64,000 bases of DNA from NCBI RefSeq assembly GCF_036321535.1, contig NC_087436.1:85314001-85378000 (forward strand), given 5' to 3'. Origin of the DNA: Camelus dromedarius (lineage: Eukaryota). This document shows, piece after piece, positions 25,178 to 38,358 of this stretch. Position numbers and translations under genes: made by a program. Every line of letters starts with the position of its first letter. The stretch's first letter is position 1. The notes below the pieces were generated by a model, which did not search any database, was not told the origin of the DNA, and saw nothing but the letters and a program-made list of their open reading frames with translations.

Positions 25178-25662
25178 TGTGATGGTTAATTTTATTTGTC
25201 AGTTTAGCTAGGTTACTGTTACCAGTTGTCTGGTCTACTTCCAGTCTAGTAGTTGCTGTTAAGGTATTTTTTAGATGAGATTAACATTAAATTTTAACTC
25301 ATTAAATGAGATTATTCTTATTTAAAAGAGATTAATAGTTTTATATCAGTAGACTTTAAGTAAAGCAGATTATCCTCCATAATGTGGTGGGCCTCATCTA
25401 ATCAGTTGAAGGGATGGAGGTCCCCTAAAGAGGAAGGAATTCTGCTTCCAGACTGTAACATAGAAACTCTGCCTGAGTTTCTAGCTTTTGGACTCAAGAC
25501 TGCAACATCAACTCTTGCCAGAATTTCCTGCCTGTAGCCTGCCCTACAGATTTCAGAATACCAGCTCCACAGCTATGAGCCAATTATGAGCCAACTTCGT
25601 AAAATAAATCTCCTTCTATATAGCCTATTGGTTTTCTCTCTCTGGTGAACCATAACTAATTT
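25178..25662 (+). mobile_element. MLT2-type (ERVL) solo LTR
   Basis: Starts 'tgtgatggttaattttatttgtcagtttagctagg' and ends 'ctattggttttctctctctggtgaaccataactaat'. Same group as 5074-5590, opposite strand. Confidence 0.85.
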
Positions 25663-25914
25663 AATTACCAACTGTGCCCAAATCCCTTCTGTTGTATGTT
25701 ATTTTTACTACTATCAATTGTGAGGAGAGATGCTTGCTGACTTTGTCTTAGATTTTAGATTCCATGTTCCCTTTGGGCTGATGGCTGTTTGTTGACTCCA
25801 ACTGATATATAGTAGATTTTTTAAAACATTGAGAACAGTATTTAAAGAAATAAACTTCCTAAAATTGCATTGAGATCGTTCATTTACTATTATTATTATT
25901 GTTATTATTACTAT

Positions 25915-26960
25915 TTTTAATTGTGGTAAAGTACATGTAACATAAAATTTACCATCTTAACCATTTTTAAGTGTACAGTTCAATCGTGTTAAATATATTC
26001 ACATCATTGTGAAACAGATCTCCAGAACTCTTTTAATCTTGCAAAACTGTACCTATTAAACAACTTCCTATTTCCCTCTCTCCCTAGCTCCTGGAAACCA
26101 CCATTCTACTTTCTGTCTTTATGACTTTGACTAGTTTAGATACCTCATAAAAGTAGAATCATACAGTATTTGTCTTTTGTGATTGGTGTATTTCACTTGG
26201 CATAATGTCCCCAAGATTCATCCGTATTATAGCATGTGTCAGAATTTCCTTCCTTTTTTAAGTCTAAATTCTATTGTATGTATATACCACATTTTATTTA
26301 TCCATTCTTCCATTTGTATTACTTCTTCTACCTTTTGGCTGTTGTTCATAATGCTGCTATGACTGTGGGTATGTAAATATTGCTTTGAAGCTCTGCTCTC
26401 AATTCTTTTGGATATATACCCATAAGTAGAATTGCTGGATCGTATGGTGGTTCTATTTTTAATTTTTTTGAAAAACCACCTTACTCTTTTCCATAGTGGA
26501 TGAACCACTTTACTTTTCCACCAACAGTGCACTAAGATTCTAGTTTCTCCACATCTTTTTCAAAACTTGTTATTTTCTGTTTATGTGGTAGTAGATATCC
26601 TAATGGGTATGAAGTGGTATCTCAGGGTGGTTTTCATTTGTGCTTCTCTCATGATTAGTGAGACTGAGCATCTTTCCACATGCTTATTGGCCATTTGTAC
26701 ATCTTCTTTGGAGGAATGTCTAAAATCCTTTGCCCGTTTTAAAATCAGGATGTTTGTTTTTTGTTATTGAGTTGTAGGATTTATTTATATATTCTAGATA
26801 TTCATCTCTTATCAGATCTGTGGTTTGTAAATATTTTCTTCCATTCTACGGCTTGACTTACCACTGTTGATTGTGTCTTTCGGCATAGATGTTTGAACTT
26901 TTGATGTAGTCCAGTTTATCAATGTTTTCTTTTATTGTCTGTGCTTTTGTTGTCATAGCG
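25915..26960 (-). mobile_element. L1MB-like 3' fragment preceded by a (TTA)n tail at ~25884-25912
   Basis: 'aattgtggtaaagtacatgtaacataaaatttaccatcttaaccatttttaagtgtacagttca'. ORF 26239-26532(-) has L1 ORF2-like 'EWINKMWYIHT'. Confidence 0.88.
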
Positions 26961-27731
26961 ACCATTCGCTTTTTTCTAAAATCACACCATAGTTATGTAC
27001 ATCGCACCAAATGAAAAGTCCATATATCACTCCAGTAATACACATATTTTTACCTTCGGTAACACTCAACATTTTCCCTATCAACACACTCATAGAAATC
27101 CTAGCAGAAATTTCTCAGGGCAGAGATTTAGGCTATTTTCCTAAGACCATGGCCAAGATTTGGTCATCATGATTCACTGTGACTCTGAAGTGAGTGAGGA
27201 GGACATTTGGAAGCAATTTTCTGTCACAACAGCTAACAACAAGTAGATATCTAGGTCATATTTATTGAATGATTGGATGATTGTCTCATTCTTTGGCATC
27301 TGAAAGTATTTTCAGAGTATTTTTTCATGTTTCTTTTAGTCCTACCACAGTCATTCCCTCAGACTAAGTCTCTACAAAGTGCCCAAGTGGAAAACCAGTC
27401 CAACAGGTTGTTGTTGCAACAGAATGCTTGAAAATTGTTGTTTTGCAAGACATCGGTCATCTCTCTAAGGCAAGTTGATATGATAGCAAGTTGAGGCACA
27501 AAAAGTATAAGACTAATTTCAGGTTACATGTTGAATGGAAAACAAGACAGCCAGTTGCAGAAGCTGAAAATTCAACATCGTATGCCATATCACTGCTCTA
27601 GGAATGAATGGCCTTTTCCTATATAAACAGAGGTTACCAGAGAAAGTCATGTCAAGTGAGTCAGCTCTAAAGTGCAACTACTAGATGAAGAGCTCCTTGA
27701 AGGAAGGCTCATATCTGTCAGTCCTTGCCAG

Positions 27732-27754
27732 CACACACACACACACACACACAC
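27732..27754. repeat. (CA)n microsatellite
   Basis: Direct reading. Confidence 0.9.
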
Positions 27755-30700
27755 GCATGTGCACACAGGAATGTGCACACATCTCAAGGAGAAATAAATT
27801 TTTGTGTCAGCTCTCTCATTTAGAGTCCCAAAGAATTCTTCAGTGACTATATACTTGAATTATATGCACATATTAAATATGTCTAAATATGTCTAAATAT
27901 AGTTTAATGTGAATATCCAAGTTTATGTATATCGTATCAGGTTAGGAGAATTTTGGCAAATCAATAAACATGATTCGAAAATGTATGAGAATACATTTTG
28001 ATTTTGGTTTCAAACTGACCTTTTGGAGGATAACAATATAGTATTTTCTAGTTATTCCTTGATCAAAGTGAGGAACTAACTGGGTTTCTTAAAAATAATT
28101 ATCTTTTGTGTCTTTCTCTTTGGAGACTGATTTGTTTCCCTTTATTTTTTGATATCACCATGCTGGTTTCCTGAAAGGACGTTGACGTTGACAGAGAAAG
28201 ACCAACGGAACTTCTGTGACTTGACTTAAATGTCATAACAAAAGTTAAGTCCTTGCATGCTTCTGAGGGATTGACTTTCAAGCAGGAACTAGGTTGTTTT
28301 GGAAACTTAGCTAATGACATTGTTATTATTACTCGTGAGTGATTAGCTTGATAGATCAATCCCACTTGCATTTAGCGTAATCCCTCCAGACCTGAGTGGT
28401 GACCCATCAGTACAGAAGCTGTGTGGCCCTGAAGCTTGGCCAGAGCTCTCTTCTCTATAAGAACAATGTGGCATTTGCCTCTGAAATCTTTACATTAGGC
28501 TATGAACCCCCAAATGATGTTTTCTTAATAAGTACACATAAAGATTTGGAACCATCATTCCCCCTTGGAATGTCAATAGATTTTGAAAAATTTAAAGGGT
28601 AAATTTGCAAAGTACAGATGATGTTTGTAACAAACCAGGCAAGACACAGATATCACAGGTGTTAGAATTCATTTGATTTGCAGGTTTTGAATTGTGCTTT
28701 GCACATAGTAGGAGTGCAGTGAGTATTTACTGAATGTTGAGTGAATGAAGTGAACTTGGAAATAAGCAAGAGCCCTCACTGCAGAAGTATGTTTTTACAG
28801 CTATCATTGGGACACAATCAGATCTTCTTGACCTTCTTCTGCCTTTATTGATGTGTTTTGACTGATACTAAGAAGATACTGGTTTGAAAGAAGACGCCTA
28901 TAATTTAAAAACATGATATTTACCATCTCCTAACACTTCACAGAGGTCAAGAGGGTAGATAAACAACTTCCTACAGCTGCCGCTCCATCTGGCACACGCC
29001 TGCAGCAGAAAGTGTGTGCTGAAAAGATAAACACATCAGGTTGTATCTACTTGCACGCCTGTGCTTTTTGGGTCTGAACTTGACCCTCTGCAATTAATAT
29101 TAAAACCAGGCTTGACATTAATGAATAAAAATTCAAAGGAAGTTATGCTGAATTGAAATTTCAGGCATTCCCTAGAGGACATATTTCTCTGCTGGTTTTG
29201 AGGTTAACTTTGATTCTGTAATCCTGGCTCAGCATCTTATCTTTGTTGTTTCCTTCTGGGAACCATCTCATCTTGATTTCTGTGCACTTTCAGGCCCCTT
29301 ATGATTCCCCACTTGATTAATGCTGAGCATTAATTGTTCTGTCTAGGTGGATTTGCTTATAGATGGATATTTGCCAAGTGTTACTTCATTTTGTGACCTC
29401 TTGAGCATGCTTCCAACTCTGAGATTCTGTGATACTCTGGATAGATCTAAAACTTGCAGGTGATTTTTAAAAGAAGTCATCACACAGAATTCTTTTTTAG
29501 CTTTCAAGTGAAATAATCTATTGGTTGATTATCTTGTGTACTTCTTGTAAAGACTGCTGATGACTCAGAGCCTTAAAAAACCCCATTCAACCCGGATCCT
29601 TTCACTGAAGACTTTAGGGAGGAGGTATGACTTTATAATGTTCATTCATTGTATTTGTGGTGAATCTGGGAACGCTCTCAATAAACATTTACTGGATCAA
29701 ACAAAGACTTCCCAATTCCAAGCCGATTTTTCTGTCCAGGAAACCACAACAACTGTCAGACTGTTGCTGGTTCTCTTATTTGCTAACTAAGCATCCAGAG
29801 GCCATTATTCACATTGTTTGGAAACGTTCACATATTCCTTTCTCAAATATTTTTCATAGAACCAGGTTATGTCTCTAAATATTAGCCTTAAGTTTGTGAG
29901 CTTTATAAATTTCAATCCCCTCTCCTTTTTTTCTTGCCACAAATAACCATTGATAGAAGTGTATTGGTTTTACTAGTATTATTTCAATGTATCTGAAGCT
30001 TCTAGAAAGATATCTGAATATTCTGTTTCTCTTTGTGGTGGCAGACACAGCCTCTGTGGTGGTCATTTCTGCATTGATCCTTGACCAACAAATGCAGGTA
30101 TCCAGGCATGATGTTTACACTCTGTTGTTGCCAAATTGCTGGGTGAGCACTTTACAAGATCACAGAGTGTTCTCTATCTCCTGATTAGCATTTAGAGAAC
30201 CTTGGCAACAGGGACGGGGGCCATAGGAGGGAAGCCGGCTGCTACTTAAATGGAGGAGAGTCACTCCATGGCTGATAAGCAGGAGGAATGATAAATCGCA
30301 AAGGGCCTTTCAGCCTTAGGAATTCACAGTGCAGGTCTAGCGTGAACCCGGTCAGCATCTGATGAACTTTTACTTTTCACAGTATCATCTGAGGGCAGCG
30401 ATAGGGGTGAAGAAATGTCCTCGCAAGGTCTGCATTGGATACCTGTCAGTTGGTTTACAGATAATCTACAGACCACAGAGTATTTTGCTGACGTACTTAA
30501 GACCTGAAACACAGCAGCAGGAAATGCTAAGTTCAGAAGGCTAAGTTCTAGGAGTAAGAGTCACCAGTCTGCAGTATAATATTTCCGCTTTCAGAAAGGT
30601 CAAAATATTGTTGATAAACACTAAGTTTTAGGCCCATACACAGCCCTATAAATGCATGCTTGTTTTTCTTTAAACTTAGTAACAGCACACCTTTTGACTT

Positions 30701-33700
30701 GGTAAATACTGATGAATCTCTAGGAAGGAACTGGGACACCCCTTCATCCCGAAGGAGAGGCATAGTTTGGGAGAAAAAAACATGTTGACCCAGTTCAGTT
30801 TCTAGTTATGCTCCATTGGTATACATCTGTGACTTACATATTGCCTGTGTGAGAACCTTCAGGGTTATGGTGGGGATGGAGAGCGTCCCTAACATCTAGC
30901 ACAGTGCCTGGTCCGTCATAGTTGTTAAATAAATACTCAGGCATAAATGAAAGCGTTGAAATATGATTTATTGAGTCACGTGGCTGGTTCTTCTTTTTGA
31001 TGCTTGTTTTGGGTTCAGTTGCTGTGACTGAGCAACAAGTACCCAGCATGACTCTGACGTCATAACATGAGTGGATTATGGAATTGGGCTCTACTTATGC
31101 ACATTCCTGATGGCTCCTGTGTGGAAAATGCTGAGCAGAGGGCAAAGAGGACTAAGAATAATGATGGACGATCTCTGTCTTCAGAGTTTTTAATCTAACT
31201 GGGGAGACAAGACTAAGACTTTCCACAACAGCATGTTCACGGGTGTCTAAATGATATTAGTGCTAAGTTGTCCATCCTAGGCTGTGCTAGCCTGGGGGCT
31301 GTTCCTCTCATTATCTAGTTTTATTCTGCTTCATACAGTACACAGTATTAAGCAGAATTACAGAACGTTAGGATGAAATGAGACCTCTCAGGAGTCCTTG
31401 ATATCTTTTCGTCCAGCTCATTTTCTTTTTTTTTCTTTTTAAGATGAGAACATGGAGAGAGGTTAAGTGCCTTGTCCAAGATCATATGATTACACAGTCA
31501 ATGGCAGTGTTCACTTATTTCCCTAGGATTTTGTTTCCAAAGTATGTTAGGGCCCCAGGCTCACACCAGGAGTTTGCTTTGTTTCTAAACGAGATCTTTG
31601 TTTTGTAATATGAAAGCCCCTATTGCATGGGTTCTAAGATAGATGCAGCTTATACTGAATTCTACTCCTTAGCAAATGTGTTCCAGTTAGTTTCCACTGT
31701 GTTGTATTTTCTTTTTTAAAGAGAAAAACAGCCCCTTAGGATTATGCTTATAATCTGCACAGTGTAAGAAATGTTGGAATTCACAAATGTCATCTGATAT
31801 TTAACAGTAAACATTTCTTGAGCCCAATGGCTCAGGCCTCTGCTTTTTCCACACACCGCCTCACTTAGTTGTCATAATCACCCTGTGAAGCAGACGTGGA
31901 GGCTTAGTGAGTTTAAGGAACTCATCTCAGTGCTCAGAGATAGCATATGATGGGGTTACGCTGTGAACCCAACAGACTAGGCTTTGGAGCCTGTGCCCTG
32001 AACTGCAGCTCCGTACTATTTGTGTATTTTACACGCCAGACTCCTAAAATTTGGCACAGTGGGCACCCGCCACACCTCCAAGCCACTGACACATGCCGGC
32101 ATCCATCCAAAGTCTTGGCTGCATCCTCCAGCTAGACTCTCTGAACATGCTTTTCCTCTTCAGATGTTCATGTCTTTTCAAAAGGGAGATACCAACACTA
32201 GGACTGTCTCAGGGCACCGTTGAGCTAGTTGGGAATTTAAACATAGGCGTCATAACCCTTCATCTCTTATATTTGCCATGACTTTGCCTCCCCTCCCCTC
32301 CCCTATTCTCCCCTTCCCTTCCTTTCCTTTCTTGCCTGCTTGCTTTTTTTTCTAGTCAGATTTAGTGAAAAATATGGAAGGACTGAATTGATTTGAGAAT
32401 GTTACAACAGTTATAGAATTTACGGTCCCTTTTAGAACTGGTGATTTGGTGAAAAGCTAATTATTTTAAGTGTTTCTCCTTTTCCTCAGCCCACTTTTTT
32501 TTTTTTTTTTAAAGGAAAATACGAATGGCAAAAAAGGAAGCAACCTCTGTGGTTTCACGGTAGCTCGCCCACTGATCCTTCTAGAGCTCCTCCTGTCCTG
32601 TAGAGTGTTGGAATCTGGGGCATCTGATCTATCCAGAGGGGGTTTCGGATTTGATTAGGTCCTTGGAATTCAGCTTAGAAAACGAGCTGTTCAAAAGTTG
32701 AGGCAAAATAGAGTGGACCCCTGACTCTTAGGGGGGGATGGTGGCCTCTCTGAGCAGGAAGTGGTCTGATGTGCTGACAGTGAGGAAACAGACCATGTTT
32801 TTGTTTATTTTCTCATAAAGTGCTGATGAACAAATGAGGGAGTTGCATTAAGGGGCTCCGAAAGCAAGCTGTGAAAAGAGATTGGGGTTTATCAGCCTTT
32901 TTGCCTGGTTTCCTTTGGAAAGAATGCTTATGACATGGCCGGGCTCTGCAGGTCTGCCTGTCCCCCGCCTCCCTGCGCCCCTCCTCCACTCACACCCCTT
33001 GATAACTATGAATGCCTCAAACTGATGTCAGCCCTTTTGGCAGATGGGGAGAAGGTGGGCCTCATGGATTCCTTAGTAATAGAAGCAAATGCATGAGAGA
33101 TAAAGCCAATTTCCACACACTAAATAACCTCTTTTTTTTTTTTTTTTTTGTCTTTTTGTGCTTATGCCTGATGGTTCTAAATTTAATTTCTGGACTCCTT
33201 TAAAGAGGTCCCTAGGAAATTGGTGGAGGGGAGGGGGAGTTGGAGAAGGATTCTGTTGAGAGGATCATTCCTATTTTTTTTGATCTAAGATCTTACCTGC
33301 CACAGGAGTGGAGGATTGTCAGAAAAATGAGGAAAGCATTACCTACAGCTATGAATAAATCAGTCACTTGGAAGATAAAAATTCTTAAGCAGCATACCTT
33401 AAAAAAAAAAGGATGAGTTTTGACTCCTTGCTGGAGCAAGGTGTAAAGAAATAGATTATCAAACAAATTTAAAATAATTCAATAATCCAGAAGCTTGCTT
33501 TGCTGCTAAACTCTGTGTCCTTACAAGTTTCATAAAGAGTATTTATAGAGCTGTCATTATCACTGCTCCTTAGTGGCAGTTACATCAGCTTCAGAGGTCA
33601 TCCCACCTTCCTCTGGGGGAGAAAAGAAGTCTGTTTCCCTGAGCTAGAGTTGACATCGTAGGAGGAAGGTAATGTCTGGTAAAATAACTCACTAAAATTC

Positions 33701-34289
33701 AAGTTTGACGAGTGTGCTTCTGAGTCAAGGGATTTAAAATGTTTTGCAGATGATAGCAATTTTAACCAATGTGACCTAGAATAATCCAAGGAATAAAAAA
33801 TAACCATAAGTAGTTCAGAATGGATTTGGCCCAATCCTGAAGGTTTTTTTTCCAGGTGGTTTTTTTGGTTGCTGTTATTGTTAATTTCTTGCAGTGCATG
33901 AACAGACCAATGAAAATAATAATGGGGATTTAGAAGTGATTGGATTATAAATTGGAAGAAGATGAAATATTTGATGTAAAACTCAATCTGCTCTGAAATA
34001 AAGACTAGCATACACTTTGCTCTTTCTTGCTGTGTATTTTAATGAGACGTAAGGATCAAGTATCTGACAGCTGAAGATACTATTAGATACAAAAGGTTAA
34101 TGTGGTCTAGTGGAATCTTCAGCACAGTACTCACCAGAGATTAAGACCCATGCAAGTTGCTGGAGCCAGTCAGTGATGACATAGAGCTGTTTACTTCCTT
34201 CTGGAGTGGGCCAGCTGATGGAATGTTACTATGGGGAAGTGAGTGTGTGGAATTTGTTTGCACATGCGTGGGGGACTAAACTTTGATGA

Positions 34290-34545
34290 GCCTCAGTCTC
34301 CCCACGTGAAGGTGGAGGTGATGTTGTGGGCTCTAGAGGTGAGCCTCAGCTTTGGGAGTGACTAGCGGTCAGCTCCTGAGCCAGCTTGCTCTCTTCCCTG
34401 CGCCTTAGTTTCCTTATCTGTAGGATAGAGATGTGGTAACCTCTGTCATAGTGTTGTGAGGCTTAAATGAGTTAACATCTGTAAGGCACTTGGAACGATG
34501 CCCAGAACAGAATAGACACCCAATAAATGCTTGCTACTATTACTA
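34290..34545 (+). mobile_element. MIR SINE(s)
   Basis: 'ccttagtttccttatctgtagg...gtgaggcttaaatgagttaacatctgtaaggcacttggaac'. Confidence 0.8.
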
Positions 34546-35199
34546 ATAAACATCACAAATATCTGGATTCTTCTTTAGAAAACTGCCTATAAAATACAGT
34601 TTTTCTACCTATAAAATACACAGGGTGATGAAACATCATTTAAAATGAAACGGTTCAGCACTTCCTGGATGCAAGGTACAACTGAAGAAAAAGCTGAGTT
34701 TATTATTAAATGGCATTGTGTTACTTTGAAGAGCTCGCATAGTATCAGTGGTCTAGACATCCGAGTACTTCAATGTGACCTACCAAAAAAAAATAATAAC
34801 ACACAGGGCTTATAAAAATACCATACAGGAAGGCCTGAGATCAAAGATACTATTTAAATGGGAAGCATTATTATTTTTGTTTTTTTGCTATTACTCAGAC
34901 TTTCCTACAAAAAGAGAAGAAAAAATATAATTTTAGTGAAAAAGGCCCCAGCTTTTGTTTTGATATGAGCTAACTACAGAAATAAAGAGGTAGGATCAGT
35001 GTTAGGGAAACTAAGATGACAATCCCTGATTGTAAATCTCACGAACTTGTTTGGGAAACTTCAGCCTCAGCATCTTTCATCTTTCTTCCACGTCGCATTG
35101 CTTCGGAAAATATCGCTTAAGATTCATGACGCCGCGTATCAGAAAATTTTAATTTCATAATTTTGATTTTTTAAAAAAAAACCTGGATGTTGTGTAACA

Positions 35200-36130
35200 G
35201 CTGAACGTGCTGTTAGAGATAATCTAGTTCATGTTCCTTGCTTCCCAGGTAGGGAAACTGAGGCCCAGAGAGAAACAGTGCCTCACTCAGCGGGGTGAGG
35301 GTGGAGCCAGCCTAGAACCCAGGCAGCCCTCCCGATGGCTCTCCAGTCTGTGCTTCGTTCTGCCTTTTGGAAAGAGTAGTGTTCACAGCCACGTTTCTGC
35401 CTCCCCTACTCCTTCTCCAGTACTGCTTGTATTCCCTACTTTAATTTGGAGTCAGTCTGGAGTCCTAAGAAGTTTCTCTGGGTCTCTTCTCATCTGTAGA
35501 ACCAGATGATTACAGCCTAATTTGCAGAGTGGTTGTAAGGTCTAAGTGAGGGGACCTTTGGGAAGTGCCTGGCATATGTTGAGCTTTCAGTAAATATTGC
35601 TGTTAAAAATATGATCGTCCTTAAAACCCATCTTTTTGTAAACTATTTATATCTTAAGACAGGCAAGAAATTGTTTAAAAATATGTTTTTCGGGGGTCTG
35701 GGCTCACCGTGAGCATGACGAGGCTGTCTCATTCAGAGCTGGTGAACATTTATTGCTTGTAGTTTATAGACCGGTCCTGCTGAGTAGTAGCTGAGCAACG
35801 GACAGGAGAGGAATAGATTCTGAAAGCACATGTGAGTATAAGCACTCATTCCTTCCTTCAAGGATAGGAAATGTTTCTGAAGACGGGGGGAGTAATAATA
35901 ATACCCTAATGATCGCAGCAGCCACCCTCTAGTGGGGGCTTACTGTGGGATGGGCATGTGCTGTGCTCTACACGGACGTTTCCCCTCTGAATCTCAGCAC
36001 TGCCTTATGAGGTCAGCCCCCACTTTACCTATGAAAAGCTGAGGCTTAGAGTTTAGTTACTTGAACAAGATACATGATAGAGTTAAGACCCAATCCAGAC
36101 TTCCTGATACCAAAGTCTCAACTTTAAACC
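35200..36130. mobile_element. Cluster of three MIR/MIR3 fragments (~35200-35330 -, ~35440-35605 +, ~35890-36130 -)
   Basis: 'gggaaactgaggcccagagag', 'cttctcatctgtagaacc', 'tgaaaagctgaggcttagag'. Confidence 0.7.
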
Positions 36131-36281
36131 CCCGCCTAAGTCCCTTTTCCCAAATTGTTAGTGGTCAATTTCATGAAATTACGACTCGATTATCTACTTT
36201 GCTGGTGTAGCTTCAGTTGATTCCCCATGCCCGGCAGTTTCCCGCTCTCTAATGGTGCTGGGGCAAAGGCACCACGGCTGG

Positions 36282-36741
36282 TGTATTAGTTTCCTGGGGC
36301 TGTCATAACAAATTACCACAAACCGGGCGGTTTGAAACTATGGGCATTTATTGTCTCACAGTTCTGGAGGCCGCGAAGTCTGAAAGCAAGGTATTGGCAG
36401 GGGCCTTGCTCCCTCTGAAGGCTCTAGGGAACAATCTTTCTTTGCCTCTACTAGCTCCTGGTTCTCCCCTGGCAATCCTTGGTGTACCTTGGCTTACAGC
36501 TGCATCACTCCAGTCTCTGCCTGCACTTTCACATGGCCTGCTTCCGTGCGCGCGCACGTGTGTGAACCTCCTTCTCTTTTCTCTTATAAAGACGCCGGTC
36601 GTTGGACTTAGGCCCTACCCTGATCCAGTGTGACTTCCTCTTAAATAATTATACCTGCAAAGTCCCTCTGCCTAAATAAGATCACGTTCCAAGTTTCTGG
36701 TGGATGTGCATTTTTGGAGGGATATGATTCAACCCTCCACA
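36282..36741 (-). mobile_element. MLT1B/C-type MaLR solo LTR, full length
   Basis: TG...CA termini 'tgtattagtttcctggggctgtcataacaaattaccacaaac' to 'attcaaccctccaca'. 5-bp TSD gctgg/gctgt. Confidence 0.9.
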
Positions 36742-37419
36742 GCTGTTATACCTGGGAAGAATATTACCTGCATGAGACTCTGCTCCCAGAAAGGACACAT
36801 TTTTGTCTTTTCTGGGGTGTTGTGGTGAGGGACAGGCAAACAACATAAGGTATTTTTCACTTTAAATCCCTGTTCTTTCTGTATCAGGTATTTTCTATTG
36901 CAGATTGCAATGGCACATAGTCTGGGATTCATTTCATAAGTCTTTTGAAATTTTAATGGACTACAAACAAAATCTAATTTTTCAGAAGAATTAATGTAGC
37001 AGAACCTTCTGAAGCAGACTCAGAGAGCTTGCTGAGGGCCATGAACTCTTTAAGGAGCTCACCCAGAGAAATGTTCCAAGGCTCACGTCGCCTTCCTCCA
37101 GAGCCCCAGGCCCTGGAAAGTGGGACCATTTGTCTCAGGAAGCCATTTATCTGTCTTCTTTGCTGGTGGGAGTGAAAAGTGACAAAACAATGTTATCAGA
37201 GGCCTTGTTCACAGTTCTGATAGGCGTCAAGGAGACCCAACTGGTCCTACATTTACTTACCAGAACTGCCAATAAGATTTGTGCCCGTACAAACATATGC
37301 AAATATGCATCACTTTTATGTTGCAAATCTGGTTGATTTGGGAGGGAAAACTGGCATATTTTTAAGCTGACGTTTTGAGCCCACTTTCATATTTAAAGCA
37401 GATGATTTGTCAATTGTGT

Positions 37420-37805
37420 TTCTAGCCTGGCTGGTCTACTTTCCATTCCTGGAAGGTGCCAAGCTCATTCCTGCCTCAGGGCCTTTATATCTGTTGCTCC
37501 CTCTCCTTAAACTCTCTTCCTCCAAATTTTCCCAAAGCTAAGCTTGTCACTCATATTTCCCTTCAAGAGGTCTTCTCTAACCACCCCAGAATCTGTCTGT
37601 GCCACTCACTCTGTTTTATTTTCATTATAGCACAGTCCTAACCTGACTTGTAATGATTATTATTTTGTCTAATTGTTCATATATTTGTCCTTCCCACCCT
37701 TTTTCTAGAATGAAAGAGATCAGAGACCTTGTTTCATACCCTGCTATATTCTCAGTACCTAAGGTAGTGCCTGGCACATAGTAGGTGCTCAGTTAGTATT
37801 TGTCA
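37420..37805 (+). mobile_element. L2 3' end
   Basis: 'cctgcctcagggccttt...gtgcctggcacatagtaggtgctcag'. Confidence 0.85.
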
Positions 37806-38358
37806 CTGAGTTCCCCTGATGAAGAAGGATTTGATCCTCATCTTAGACTAAAAGGATACCAGGGGCTCCATCCAAGAGAACTCAGTGTCCAGTCTCTCTT
37901 CCCAGGCAAGCACGGGGCCAGGCCACCGACAGGCTGCTCCTAGCCCAGCCGGAATGGCCACAGGCAGGCTCAGGGGAGGGGAGGAAGGACCGGCCAAGGG
38001 CTGCAGAGCGTATCGTTGAAGATACAAGATGGAGGGAGGCAAGCCAGGCAACCCAGAGAGAATATCAACCCAAAGAGAATAGGCAAAGAGGGAAAATCCA
38101 GATTCAAGGAAACAGGAAGGAACCAGGGAAACCAGACCAAAACAATAGGGTTCAAAGTAAAGAATGGGAGGTGGAACCTAGAGGAAGTCCCTAAGCCATG
38201 GAATCATAGATACAGCTGCTTATAGGGTCTTTGACCAAGTGCACAGGTGGAGAGGAAGCTATTAAGGACCATGGCTTAGATTCATTTACTCAGCATCAAA
38301 TCAGACTTTCTATTTGGCCGGTTCTGATATTGTGCCCTAATCCTAGTTACTGAATCTT

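Noticed and set aside
34582..34620. Doubled TATAAAA as a promoter
   Set aside because: It is a local ~22-bp-period duplication of cctataaaataca in AT-rich DNA with no other promoter evidence. Similar small duplications at ~7570-7610, ~8460-8510 and ~27875-27900 look neutral.
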